From positions 145,132 through 209,131 of the forward strand of contig CAJQPN010000001.1 of NCBI GenBank assembly GCA_905480195.1: DNA of 64,000 bases. Direction: 5' to 3'. Made by a program: the position numbers and the translations under genes. The notes beneath the pieces are model-generated. The model did no database searches. It worked only from the letters and a program-made list of their open reading frames with translations, and was not told the origin of the DNA. Shown in pieces: positions 17,569-25,799 of the stretch (positions within the stretch are counted from its first letter, which is position 1; each line of letters begins with the position of its first letter). This stretch comes from an uncultured Acidimicrobiales bacterium. Lineage in GTDB: Bacteria > Actinomycetota > Acidimicrobiia > Acidimicrobiales > Aldehydirespiratoraceae.

Positions 17569-17919
17569 GTGCCTGTCGAACGTATCGCTCCCACCGATTC
17601 CCACGTTGTTGTCGAGGTTGGCGGCACGGTGGTAGCCGACACCACCGGCGCCCGGATCCTCTATGAGACCAATCTGCCGCCTCGCTATTACCTTCCGCTC
17701 AACGACGTCCACGCAACGTTCCTGACCCCGACCGACACGTCGACGCACTGTCCGTACAAGGGCGATGCCCGCTACTGGACCGTGACGGTCGACGGGATCG
17801 AACACACCGACATCGTGTGGGGGTACGACAAGCCGATTCCCGAGGCGGCCGACATCGGCGGGTTTGTGTCGTTCTACCCCGCCAGGGTGAACCTCACCGT
17901 CGACGGTACCGAGATCTGA
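17569..17919 (+). CDS. DUF427 domain protein
   Basis: C-terminal part of ORF 17098..17919(+). 'YYLPLNDV...THCPYKGDARYW...GFVSFY' is the DUF427 signature. Start set at the GTG at 17569 to give ~116 aa, typical for the family. Confidence 0.75.
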   Translation: MPVERIAPTDSHVVVEVGGTVVADTTGARILYETNLPPRYYLPLNDVHATFLTPTDTSTHCPYKGDARYWTVTVDGIEHTDIVWGYDKPIPEAADIGGFVSFYPARVNLTVDGTEI

Positions 17920-17941
17920 CCCTCGCGCTGACACCCGCCAG

Positions 17942-18775
17942 TTATGCGCGAACGGTGGCGATTCGCCGACGAGCGATCTCGAGGTCACCGGGGTTGGTGA
18001 CCCCGACCCAGGGTTCGTCGGTCGGCACGATCCCGATCGTGTACGTGCCAGCCCTGCGCAGACCGTCGACGACGGTGGGCAGAAGAAACTCGGCCTTCTC
18101 TTCGTGGCCGTGTTCGGCGAGGAATCGATCGAACCCCAACTCGAGATGACCGAACAGCGATGGCGCAAAGACCCAACAGTTCATCGAGGCCACGGTGTCG
18201 TCGTTGAGAACACCGACCGGATCGGTCGACGTGATCGACCCATCGCCGCGGCGGCCGATCCCGTGGGTCTCGACGAGCGAGACGAGTTCAGTGCCGTCGA
18301 CGCCACAGATCCCGCGTGAAACGTCGCCGCTTTCGGGCAACGTCTGGCCGAGCCGGAACCCGGCAAGCAGGGCCCGATCGTCGGGTAGGTCTGCAGCTGC
18401 AGCGACCAACGCCGCAAACGTCGATTGGCCGTAGTAGTCGTCGGCGTTGACCACACAGAACCGGTCGGGCACCTCGGGCGCCGCGGTGAGCACGGCGTGC
18501 GCCGTTCCCCACGGCTTGGCCCGCCTGGGACCGTGTGTGTCCTGCAGCACGAAGGCAACGTCGAGATCTGGGTGCTGGCGGGACACTCGTCGTCGCAGAT
18601 CGTCCTCAATGTCACTGCGCACGATCAGAACGACCTTCTCCATTCCTGCAGCGAGAGCGTCCACGATCGCGAAGTCGAGAAACGCTTCGCCATCGGCGCC
18701 GACAACAGCGAGTTGTTTCGGACCACCAAACCTCGAACCGAGGCCTGCCGCCATCACGACGAGGGTGAAACTCAT
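17942..18775 (-). CDS. Sugar-phosphate nucleotidyltransferase family protein
   Basis: 277 aa. N-terminal 'VVMAAGLGSRFGGPKQL' (GxGxRx5K NTP-transferase motif). Confidence 0.8.
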   Translation of the reverse strand: MSFTLVVMAAGLGSRFGGPKQLAVVGADGEAFLDFAIVDALAAGMEKVVLIVRSDIEDDLRRRVSRQHPDLDVAFVLQDTHGPRRAKPWGTAHAVLTAAPEVPDRFCVVNADDYYGQSTFAALVAAAADLPDDRALLAGFRLGQTLPESGDVSRGICGVDGTELVSLVETHGIGRRGDGSITSTDPVGVLNDDTVASMNCWVFAPSLFGHLELGFDRFLAEHGHEEKAEFLLPTVVDGLRRAGTYTIGIVPTDEPWVGVTNPGDLEIARRRIATVRA

Positions 18776-18812
18776 GAAATCGATCGTAGGACATGCGACC
18801 TGACGGTCGCCG

Positions 18813-19427
18813 TCACCACTCGATCAGATCGCTGACGTGATGGGTCTCGTTGAACGAGCGGACCGATCGCACACCGGTGCTGCTCGCCTGCACCCGAGTC
18901 AGACCGCAGTAATCGGCCCGCATGGCGAACACATCATCGAGCCCCATGATCGTCTTCAGATACACCGCGATCACCATCCCATGACAAAAAACCGCAACAC
19001 GCCTTCCTTTGTTCGTTGCGATGACGTGTTCGAACCCGCGCTGCACCCGCTCCTGGAACGCCTCGATCCCCTCGCTGAACACGTGATCTTCGAGCGAATC
19101 GGCGTCGAAATAGTGCGCAGTGTCGGGATCGTTGGGCGACATCTCCTCGAGCGGAACGTAGACATTCGAGGCGTGATCGCTTTCCTTGAGATCGTCGATC
19201 CGTTCGATCTCGAGTCCCAGCATGTCGGCCGTGGGTATCGCCGTCTGGTGTGCCCGCAGCATCGTGGACGACACGACGTGGTGAATCTCGTGATCGCGCA
19301 GGAAGCCAGCGGCGCGTAATGCCTGCTGACGGCCAAGGTCCGACAATTCAGGGTCGGCCGCACCACCCGACCCGGCGTCGACCACCTGTCGTACAGGACG
19401 TCCGTGACGGAAGATGAAGAGATCCAC
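18813..19427 (-). CDS. Histidine phosphatase (phosphoglycerate-mutase-like) family protein
   Basis: 204 aa. 'IFRHGRP' RHG catalytic motif at the N-terminus and 'FCHGMV' second His region. GTG start. Confidence 0.8.
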   Translation of the reverse strand: MDLFIFRHGRPVRQVVDAGSGGAADPELSDLGRQQALRAAGFLRDHEIHHVVSSTMLRAHQTAIPTADMLGLEIERIDDLKESDHASNVYVPLEEMSPNDPDTAHYFDADSLEDHVFSEGIEAFQERVQRGFEHVIATNKGRRVAVFCHGMVIAVYLKTIMGLDDVFAMRADYCGLTRVQASSTGVRSVRSFNETHHVSDLIEW

Positions 19428-19448
19428 GGCCGGGAGGGTACCGGCGAC

Positions 19449-20474
19449 TCAGACGGGACTCACGCCGAGGCCGGGCAGTGTCGGAACCAAGATGTGGCCG
19501 TCCTCAACCGGCAGGGCTTGCGCCACGTCTTCGGCGAGCAGAGACGAAGTCGCCACCCCGTGCGCGACCTCGGTGCCGACCGCGGCGGCGACATGCACGG
19601 CGTGGGCGACCCCAATGGCACTGTCGATCATCGAGGTGACGACGACCGTTACCTCCGCGGCGCGGGCGAGGTCGACTGCACGCATCGCCAGATCCGGGCC
19701 ACCGAGGGCCTGCGGCTTCACCACGACCACATCGATCGCGCCCGTACCGAGGGCCTGGGCGATGTCGTCGATGCTCCGAGCCGACTCGTCGACCGCTACG
19801 GGGACGGCACTTCGCGAACCCACAGCGGCGATCGCGTCGATTCCGGCCGTTGGTTCTTCGCAGAACGCCACGCCGCTGTCGGCGAGTCGGTCGAGCACTG
19901 CGACCGCGGTGTCGACGTCCCACGCGCCGTTGGCGTCGAGGCGGATCTCCACCTCGTCACCGACCGCCTGCCGGATCGCTCCGACACGTGCGACGTCGTC
20001 GTCCGGTGATGCAGCACCGACCTTGAGTTTCAGCGCGGTGAAACCTGCGGCGACCGCCTGTGACGCTTCGCTCACGGCCCGGGGCGTCGCCGCTGCGCCG
20101 ATCGACGCGTTGACGCGCACCCGTTCGACCGCAGTGGCGGAGAGCAACGCGGAGAGGGGGACACCGGCACGACGAGCTGAGAGATCGTGGATCGCCCCAG
20201 CCAGCGCCGCTCGGGCCTCCGGGACACCTTCGAGCATCTCGAGCACAGCGCCGACGCGTTCCGGATCGAGCTGTGCCGCCGCCACCGCAAGGCGCCGACT
20301 CACGTCGTCGATCGACGAGCGCGACCAGCCCTCCATCGGGCACGCATCGCCCCAACCGATCGACCCGTGCGAACCGAATGACACCAGCACGCCGCGCCGT
20401 GACGCGATCGAACGGTATGACGTCACCATCGGCGACACGAGCCGCAGCTCGTACGGGCGCAACTCGAGGGTCAC
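19449..20474 (-). CDS. menC: o-Succinylbenzoate synthase (enolase superfamily)
   Basis: 341 aa. KxK motif 'ALKLKVG' and enolase-superfamily metal-ligand pattern. The GTG start overlaps the menH stop (GTGA). Sits in a men gene string. Confidence 0.8.
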   Translation of the reverse strand: MTLELRPYELRLVSPMVTSYRSIASRRGVLVSFGSHGSIGWGDACPMEGWSRSSIDDVSRRLAVAAAQLDPERVGAVLEMLEGVPEARAALAGAIHDLSARRAGVPLSALLSATAVERVRVNASIGAAATPRAVSEASQAVAAGFTALKLKVGAASPDDDVARVGAIRQAVGDEVEIRLDANGAWDVDTAVAVLDRLADSGVAFCEEPTAGIDAIAAVGSRSAVPVAVDESARSIDDIAQALGTGAIDVVVVKPQALGGPDLAMRAVDLARAAEVTVVVTSMIDSAIGVAHAVHVAAAVGTEVAHGVATSSLLAEDVAQALPVEDGHILVPTLPGLGVSPV

Positions 20475-21208
20475 GCTCGGCTCTGGGTGGCGAGAATCGC
20501 AGCGATTACGGCGTCGGGTTGCTCGAGATGGGCGGCATGCCCTGCACCGTCGATGACATGGACCGTTGCGGTCGGGATGGCATCGGCAAGATCTCGGGCG
20601 ACTGCCACGAACTTCTCATCGTCGGCGCCGGCGATAAGCGCGACCGGCATCGTGCATGCGGCGAGGTCGTGATGAAGCGGGCGCATCCGGCCCGTCGAGT
20701 TGGCTCGCAGGCTCCAAGCCAGCGCGGCCGGGTCGTTGCCGAGCCGTTGCACTCGGGCTGCGGCGAGAACGTCGCGGCCAAGTCGCGCCTGCGTTGCGAA
20801 CAACGGGTTCGCCATCCAACGGTCGACGAACCCCTCGAAGTCACCCTCGATCTGCGCTGCCAACGCATCGTCAGAGGCCGCTCGCGCTGCGCGCGCTTCG
20901 GGGTCGAGCAGTCCTGCCGAGGCACCGATCAGGCTGAGCGACAGCACTCGCTCGGGATGCCGACACGCCGCAGTGAGCGCAACCCGACCACCCATCGAGT
21001 AGCCGACCATGTGGAACGGCGCTGCATGTCGGGCCAGCACGCCGTCGGCCATGGCGTCGATCGAGTAGGCCGTCTCGTCGGCCGGGTGGGGACCGGGACC
21101 GTGCCCGGGAAGATCGGGGGCGTCGACAGGTCCGGAAAGACGCGACGTGATCGGCTCCATAGTGCCGGCATCACCGGTGAAGCCGTGGAGCACGACCGTC
21201 GGCGTCAT
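20471..21208 (-). CDS. menH: SHCHC synthase (alpha/beta hydrolase)
   Basis: 245 aa. 'VLHGFTG' and 'GYSMGG' nucleophile elbow. The ATG overlaps the menD stop (ATGA). Lies between menD and menC. Confidence 0.8.
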   Translation of the reverse strand: MTPTVVLHGFTGDAGTMEPITSRLSGPVDAPDLPGHGPGPHPADETAYSIDAMADGVLARHAAPFHMVGYSMGGRVALTAACRHPERVLSLSLIGASAGLLDPEARAARAASDDALAAQIEGDFEGFVDRWMANPLFATQARLGRDVLAAARVQRLGNDPAALAWSLRANSTGRMRPLHHDLAACTMPVALIAGADDEKFVAVARDLADAIPTATVHVIDGAGHAAHLEQPDAVIAAILATQSRA

Positions 21209-22878
21209 GGCGTGATCGCCTCGCCTACCGCAGCGCGCACCGAAGCGCGGGCGGCCATGTCGTGGTCGGGGTCGATCCGCACGATCAGAAGGTCGACGCC
21301 GGGGTCAGGCTTTGCGACGGCGATTTGCAGTGCGTCCCGCAAGTTGTCGCTCTCGTCGATGACGGTCACATCAATTCCTGCCAATCCGTCGAGGCGGCCG
21401 AGGTCGACACCGTGAGGGGTGCGGAAGATCGTGTCGTACGCATCGTCGCCGATACGGCCGTGAATCGGCAGCATCGAGAAGATCTGCCCGCCGTCGTTGT
21501 CAACACACACCACCGTGAGGTGCTCCCCGCCCCGAGCGACGCCCAGCAGACCACCGATGTCGTGCAGAAGCGCGAGATCACCGGTAAAGACGACGACCGG
21601 CGTGTCGACCTGGGTCGCCACGCCGAGTGCGGTCGACGTGATGCCGTCGATCCCGGCAGCTCCACGATTCCCGACGAAGGTGAGAGGCGTGTCAGCCCTG
21701 ACGTAGGAGTCGAGATCGCGTGGCGGCATCGAGTTCGAAGCCATAACCACCGCGCTCTCGGGGAGAGCATCACAGAGATCTCGGACAACCGACGCGCTGG
21801 TGCGACCTGAGGTCGAGACGATCCGGTCGATCGCCGCCGACGCAGCGGCGTCGAGTTCCCGCCACTGGGCCAGCCACTCCGGGTCGGATGGAGAACCAGC
21901 GAAGTCCGAGGGCCACGCCGTCAGGTGGTGGGTCGTGGTGAAGGAGGCGTCGTGCCAGCGCTGCTCGGGATCGATCGCGATCACCCGGTCGGGTGAGACC
22001 CGCTCGAGCCATTGGTTGACCGGGGCGGTCGTGGTCGCTCCGCCGATCCGAACGACGACGTCGGGACGAAGGTGATCGACGGCCGGGTGTTTGAGGAGGT
22101 GTTCAGAGGTAGCAAGCGCATCTCGGGACCGCGCCTGGGTGAGGGGTTCTCCGATCAACGGCCACCCTCTCGTCCGAGCGACGCGCGCTGCGTCGCGTGC
22201 GAGGTCGCACTGGGCATCGATGCCGTTTGCGGCGTCGGGGCCCAAGATGATCACACCGTTCCCGTCGAAGAGCCCATCGGCCGGCGGCAACACCGACTCG
22301 ACGGTCGGGGTTGGGAGGGTCTCGTAGGAACGGACCGGAACGTCAGCCACTGGCTCCAGTGGCTTGCGGAGTGGCCAGTTGAGGTGGGTGGGGCCACGCC
22401 GTGCTCCGACTGCGAATTCGTGAGCCCGCATCGCCGTCAGGCGAGCCGCCGACTCCGACCAGTCGCTGGGAACCGGTAGATCGGCGAACCAGCGCACGTT
22501 GGTGCCGAAGATCCCGACCTGGTCGATGGTCTGGCCCGCTCCCCAGTCGCGCAGTTCGGGCGGCCGGTCGGCAGTGCAGACGATCATCGGCACACACGAA
22601 TGGTGTGCTTCGACCACTGCAGGCAGATAGTTGGCCGCGGCCGTACCCGAGGTACAGATCAGGACGGAGGGGCGCCCCGACGCGCGTGCCTGCCCAAGTG
22701 CGAAGAACGCGGCGCAGCGTTCATCGAGTTGGATGTGCGTCCGTAGGGCAGGGTGGGCGTGGAAGGTGACCGCCAGTGGCGTGGAACGCGACCCGGGGGA
22801 GATGACGATGTCGCGAACACCAAGAGACGCGAGGGTGCCGGCGAACGCGGCGATCGGGTCGTACACCGGGTCGGTCAT
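21205..22878 (-). CDS. menD: SEPHCHC synthase (ThDP-dependent)
   Basis: 557 aa. N-terminal 'VISPGSRSTPL' and ThDP-binding 'GDLALLHDIGG...VCVDNDGGQIF'. The ATG overlaps the menF-fusion stop (ATGA). Confidence 0.9.
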   Translation of the reverse strand: MTDPVYDPIAAFAGTLASLGVRDIVISPGSRSTPLAVTFHAHPALRTHIQLDERCAAFFALGQARASGRPSVLICTSGTAAANYLPAVVEAHHSCVPMIVCTADRPPELRDWGAGQTIDQVGIFGTNVRWFADLPVPSDWSESAARLTAMRAHEFAVGARRGPTHLNWPLRKPLEPVADVPVRSYETLPTPTVESVLPPADGLFDGNGVIILGPDAANGIDAQCDLARDAARVARTRGWPLIGEPLTQARSRDALATSEHLLKHPAVDHLRPDVVVRIGGATTTAPVNQWLERVSPDRVIAIDPEQRWHDASFTTTHHLTAWPSDFAGSPSDPEWLAQWRELDAAASAAIDRIVSTSGRTSASVVRDLCDALPESAVVMASNSMPPRDLDSYVRADTPLTFVGNRGAAGIDGITSTALGVATQVDTPVVVFTGDLALLHDIGGLLGVARGGEHLTVVCVDNDGGQIFSMLPIHGRIGDDAYDTIFRTPHGVDLGRLDGLAGIDVTVIDESDNLRDALQIAVAKPDPGVDLLIVRIDPDHDMAARASVRAAVGEAITP

Positions 22879-24887
22879 GCGTCGCTCCGTTCCGTCGCCG
22901 ACTCCATCACGTCGAGCAGGGCCCGGAGCTTTACCGAGGTCTCTGCAAGCTCGTCTTCAGGGGTCGAATCGGCGACGATCCCCGCACCGGAGAACAAGGT
23001 GACCTGCGACTCGTCGACAAGGGCCGACCGCAGCGCGACCCGGAGCTCACCGTTGCCGTCGAGATCACACCAGCCGACCGGAGCTGCGTACCAGCCGCGG
23101 TCGAAATCCTCGTGTTGGCGTAGCCACCGAACCGCCGGGTCCGACGGGGTGCCACCGACGGCGGGACTCGGATGCAAAACGTTTGCCACCCGCAGGACGT
23201 CCATGTCACTGACCCCGCCGGCGCGGCGCTCAACCCGAGCCGTGATCGGTGTCCGTAGATGCTGTACACGGGCGAGGCGCATGATCTCCGGTTCGTCGGG
23301 TGTCTCACCCACGAGGCCCAACGTCGCCAACCGGGCGGTGATGTCGTCGACGACGAACTGATGCTCGGACCTGATCTTGGGCGATGCGAGCATCTCAGCC
23401 GCAAGCGTCGCATCGCTCGCGTCATCGGTGCCCGTGCCGGTGGTACCCGCGAGTGCCACGGTCGAGACCTCACGACCGTCGAGGGTGACGAGCCGCTCTG
23501 GGCTGGCGCCGATGAAGGCCCGGTTGCCGACACCGAACGCGAAGGTGGCGCACGCCGGAAACCGGTCGACCAGCCCGCGCAGAACAGCGGAGGTGGCGAT
23601 GGGACCCCGCACCAGCGTCCGGGCCAGCACTACCTTGTCGAGCGCCCCCAACCGGATCTCGGCTATGGCGTCGGCGACGATTCGCACATAGTCAGGATCG
23701 CTGCCGACGACGTCACCGGCGACGATTTCCCCGACCACCGGTGTTGCGGGGGCGGGAGCCGATGCCATCTCTTCGAGTCGAGCCTCGAGCAGGTCGAGCG
23801 CAGCTGTCTCGTCGTCACCCTCCGCGAGGGACGTGGCGGCGAGTAGCCATGAACCGTCGTACCGGTCGACGACGGTCACTTCGGGCAGTATCCAACGAGC
23901 GTCCGGGAAGCCCGTCCAGTCGGGGTCGACGGGCCGGTTGCCGCACGAGAACGAGAAGCCACCGACGAGCACGGGCGCCGGAGCGTGGGCCGGGCCATGG
24001 CGACGGATCCGGGCTCCAAGCGCAGCCCTTGCAGCCGAAGCGGCGGAGAATCGGGAGTCACCGTGCGGCTCGATGACCTCGGCAGCGCCGAGAGCGACGA
24101 GGGCGAATCCGTCGTCGGGTCGAACCCACAGCGACCGGAAGTGGTCGGTCGCGGCTCCGTAGACCGCGACCGGGTCGACCCGGTCATCGAGCTTGCGGGC
24201 AAAGACCATGACACCACCGCCGACCGAGGTGTCGCCGCCGAGTCGGGCCAACGCTCGGGTGCGGAGCGTGCGTTCGAAGTGACCGCCGACGAGCTTCGAC
24301 GCCACTGGCACGAGCCGGTGCATGAGCCCGACCAACTCGTTGCGGTCACGCCCCTTTGCGTCACTGTTGCGCTTGAACAGTTCGATCGCATCGTCGACAA
24401 CGTCTTCGATGTGCGTTGCGTGCCGCATGGCGAGGGCGGTGAGCTCTTCGAGCGACACGCCTTCGCTGACGAGGGTGCGAGCAGCCACGAGCATGTCAAC
24501 GGCGTCCGCAGCGAATCGCTGCTCATCGCCGTCACCGACCGGGGTAAGTAGTCCGGCGCTGACAACGACGTCGATGATGAACTCAGGTACGTCGGCCCGA
24601 CGGGCGAGCTCGCTCTTGTCGAGCTCGGGGTCGACGGCGTTCTGGTCGGCGAGTTCGACGAGTAGGCCGGACGCATCGACAGTCGAAAGGTCACGGATCT
24701 GGGCAAGACTGAAGCCCTGCTGGGCAAGACTCTTGATCTGACGGATGCGGTCGAGATGCCCTTCGTCGTAGAAGACTCGCCGGCCTTCGCGGCGCGGTGC
24801 GTGCAGGAGTTTCTCGCGCTGGTAGTAGCGCACGGTATCGACGGCGACACCGGTGGCGTCTGCGAGTTCCTCGACGAGATACTCCAC
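22875..24887 (-). CDS. menF: MerR-type HTH module fused to isochorismate synthase
   Basis: Single uninterrupted frame 22875..24905(-). N-terminus 'VEYLVEELADATGVAVDTVRYYQREKLL...GHLDRIRQIKSLAQQGFSLAQIRDL' is a MerR wHTH. The C-terminal ~430 aa form a chorismate-binding/isochorismate synthase domain ('HPSPAVGGTP...RGWYAAPVGW...FSGAGIVADSTPEDELAET'). Start placed at the GTG at 24887. The TTG at 24905 is the alternative. Confidence 0.8.
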   Translation of the reverse strand: MEYLVEELADATGVAVDTVRYYQREKLLHAPRREGRRVFYDEGHLDRIRQIKSLAQQGFSLAQIRDLSTVDASGLLVELADQNAVDPELDKSELARRADVPEFIIDVVVSAGLLTPVGDGDEQRFAADAVDMLVAARTLVSEGVSLEELTALAMRHATHIEDVVDDAIELFKRNSDAKGRDRNELVGLMHRLVPVASKLVGGHFERTLRTRALARLGGDTSVGGGVMVFARKLDDRVDPVAVYGAATDHFRSLWVRPDDGFALVALGAAEVIEPHGDSRFSAASAARAALGARIRRHGPAHAPAPVLVGGFSFSCGNRPVDPDWTGFPDARWILPEVTVVDRYDGSWLLAATSLAEGDDETAALDLLEARLEEMASAPAPATPVVGEIVAGDVVGSDPDYVRIVADAIAEIRLGALDKVVLARTLVRGPIATSAVLRGLVDRFPACATFAFGVGNRAFIGASPERLVTLDGREVSTVALAGTTGTGTDDASDATLAAEMLASPKIRSEHQFVVDDITARLATLGLVGETPDEPEIMRLARVQHLRTPITARVERRAGGVSDMDVLRVANVLHPSPAVGGTPSDPAVRWLRQHEDFDRGWYAAPVGWCDLDGNGELRVALRSALVDESQVTLFSGAGIVADSTPEDELAETSVKLRALLDVMESATERSDA

Positions 24888-24924
24888 GCCCGCAAGGTTA
24901 CCCAACGGTGAGAGTTACTGCTCC

Positions 24925-24940
24925 CAGAGTGATCACTCTG
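24925..24940. promoter_or_regulatory. Perfect 16-bp palindrome CAGAGTGATCACTCTG (candidate MerR-type operator)
   Basis: Read directly from the sequence. It is its own reverse complement. It lies in the divergent gap between the merR-menF fusion and the DUF3097-like gene. Confidence 0.5.
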
Positions 24941-24968
24941 AAGTTGATCGAGACGCTACCGTCATCAT

Positions 24969-25790
24969 GTGCACGAGGGCCCGATCGATCTCGACGCGAC
25001 GCGGTCGCGCAAACCCGACTATCCGATCGTCGCTGCTCGCCGCGGCACGGTGCTCGAAGACCGCACGACTGGGGTCGTCGGTGCCCTCATCTCGTTTGTG
25101 CCACCTCGCCTCGTCTTGCGCGACCGCTACGGCAAGGACCACACGGTTGCCTATCGCGACGGTTCTGTCCGCGCTGCGATCGACGGCAAGGGAGTGCCGT
25201 GTCGACTCGTCGTCCCGACGGGTGAGCCTCGAGCGCCCGGCGTCACCGCCAGCGGATCGATCGACCTCGGCGAGGTTCCCGCCCGCGTGGCCCGCGCCAG
25301 CCGCCTCTGGGTCGAAGGTATCCACGACGCGGAACTCATCGAAAAGGTCTGGGGTTCCGATCTCCGCGTCGAAGGGGTCGTTGTCGAACAACTCGAGGGC
25401 GCCGACGACCTCGCCGAGCGTGTCCGTGGATTCCGCCCCGGCGAGCGCCGCCGTCTCGGCGTGCTGCTCGACCATCTCGTCAACGGGTCCAAGGAGCAAC
25501 GGATCGCCGACACGATCACCGATCCGAACGTCCTCATCACAGGCCACCCCTACGTCGACATCTGGCAGGCAGTGAAACCGTCGGTCATCGGGATCGACCG
25601 GTGGCCCGACGTGCCGAAGGGCCAGCCCTGGAAAGAAGGTGTCATAGCCGCCCTCGGGGTGAACGCAACCCCTGCAGCGTTCTGGAAACACGTCCTCGGC
25701 AAGGTCACGACCTGGAAGGATCTCGAGACTCCCCTCCTCGCCGCCGTCGAGGAACTCATCGACTTCGTCGCTCCCCCCGAGCAGGCCTAG
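24969..25790 (+). CDS. Conserved actinobacterial protein (DUF3097-like)
   Basis: 273 aa with a GTG start and high GC3. The sequence pattern ('LWVEGIHDAELIEKVWG...LLDHLVNGSKEQRIA...ITGHPYVDIWQAV') matches my recollection of the DUF3097 family. Not verifiable here. Confidence 0.6.
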   Translation: MHEGPIDLDATRSRKPDYPIVAARRGTVLEDRTTGVVGALISFVPPRLVLRDRYGKDHTVAYRDGSVRAAIDGKGVPCRLVVPTGEPRAPGVTASGSIDLGEVPARVARASRLWVEGIHDAELIEKVWGSDLRVEGVVVEQLEGADDLAERVRGFRPGERRRLGVLLDHLVNGSKEQRIADTITDPNVLITGHPYVDIWQAVKPSVIGIDRWPDVPKGQPWKEGVIAALGVNATPAAFWKHVLGKVTTWKDLETPLLAAVEELIDFVAPPEQA

Positions 25791-25799
25791 CCTCCGCCC

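Noticed and set aside
17512-18168. 219-codon N-terminal extension of the GGT ORF
   Set aside because: No GGT similarity upstream of 'MFVPVVTRH'. The region is occupied on the other strand by the DUF427 gene and overlaps the nucleotidyltransferase gene.
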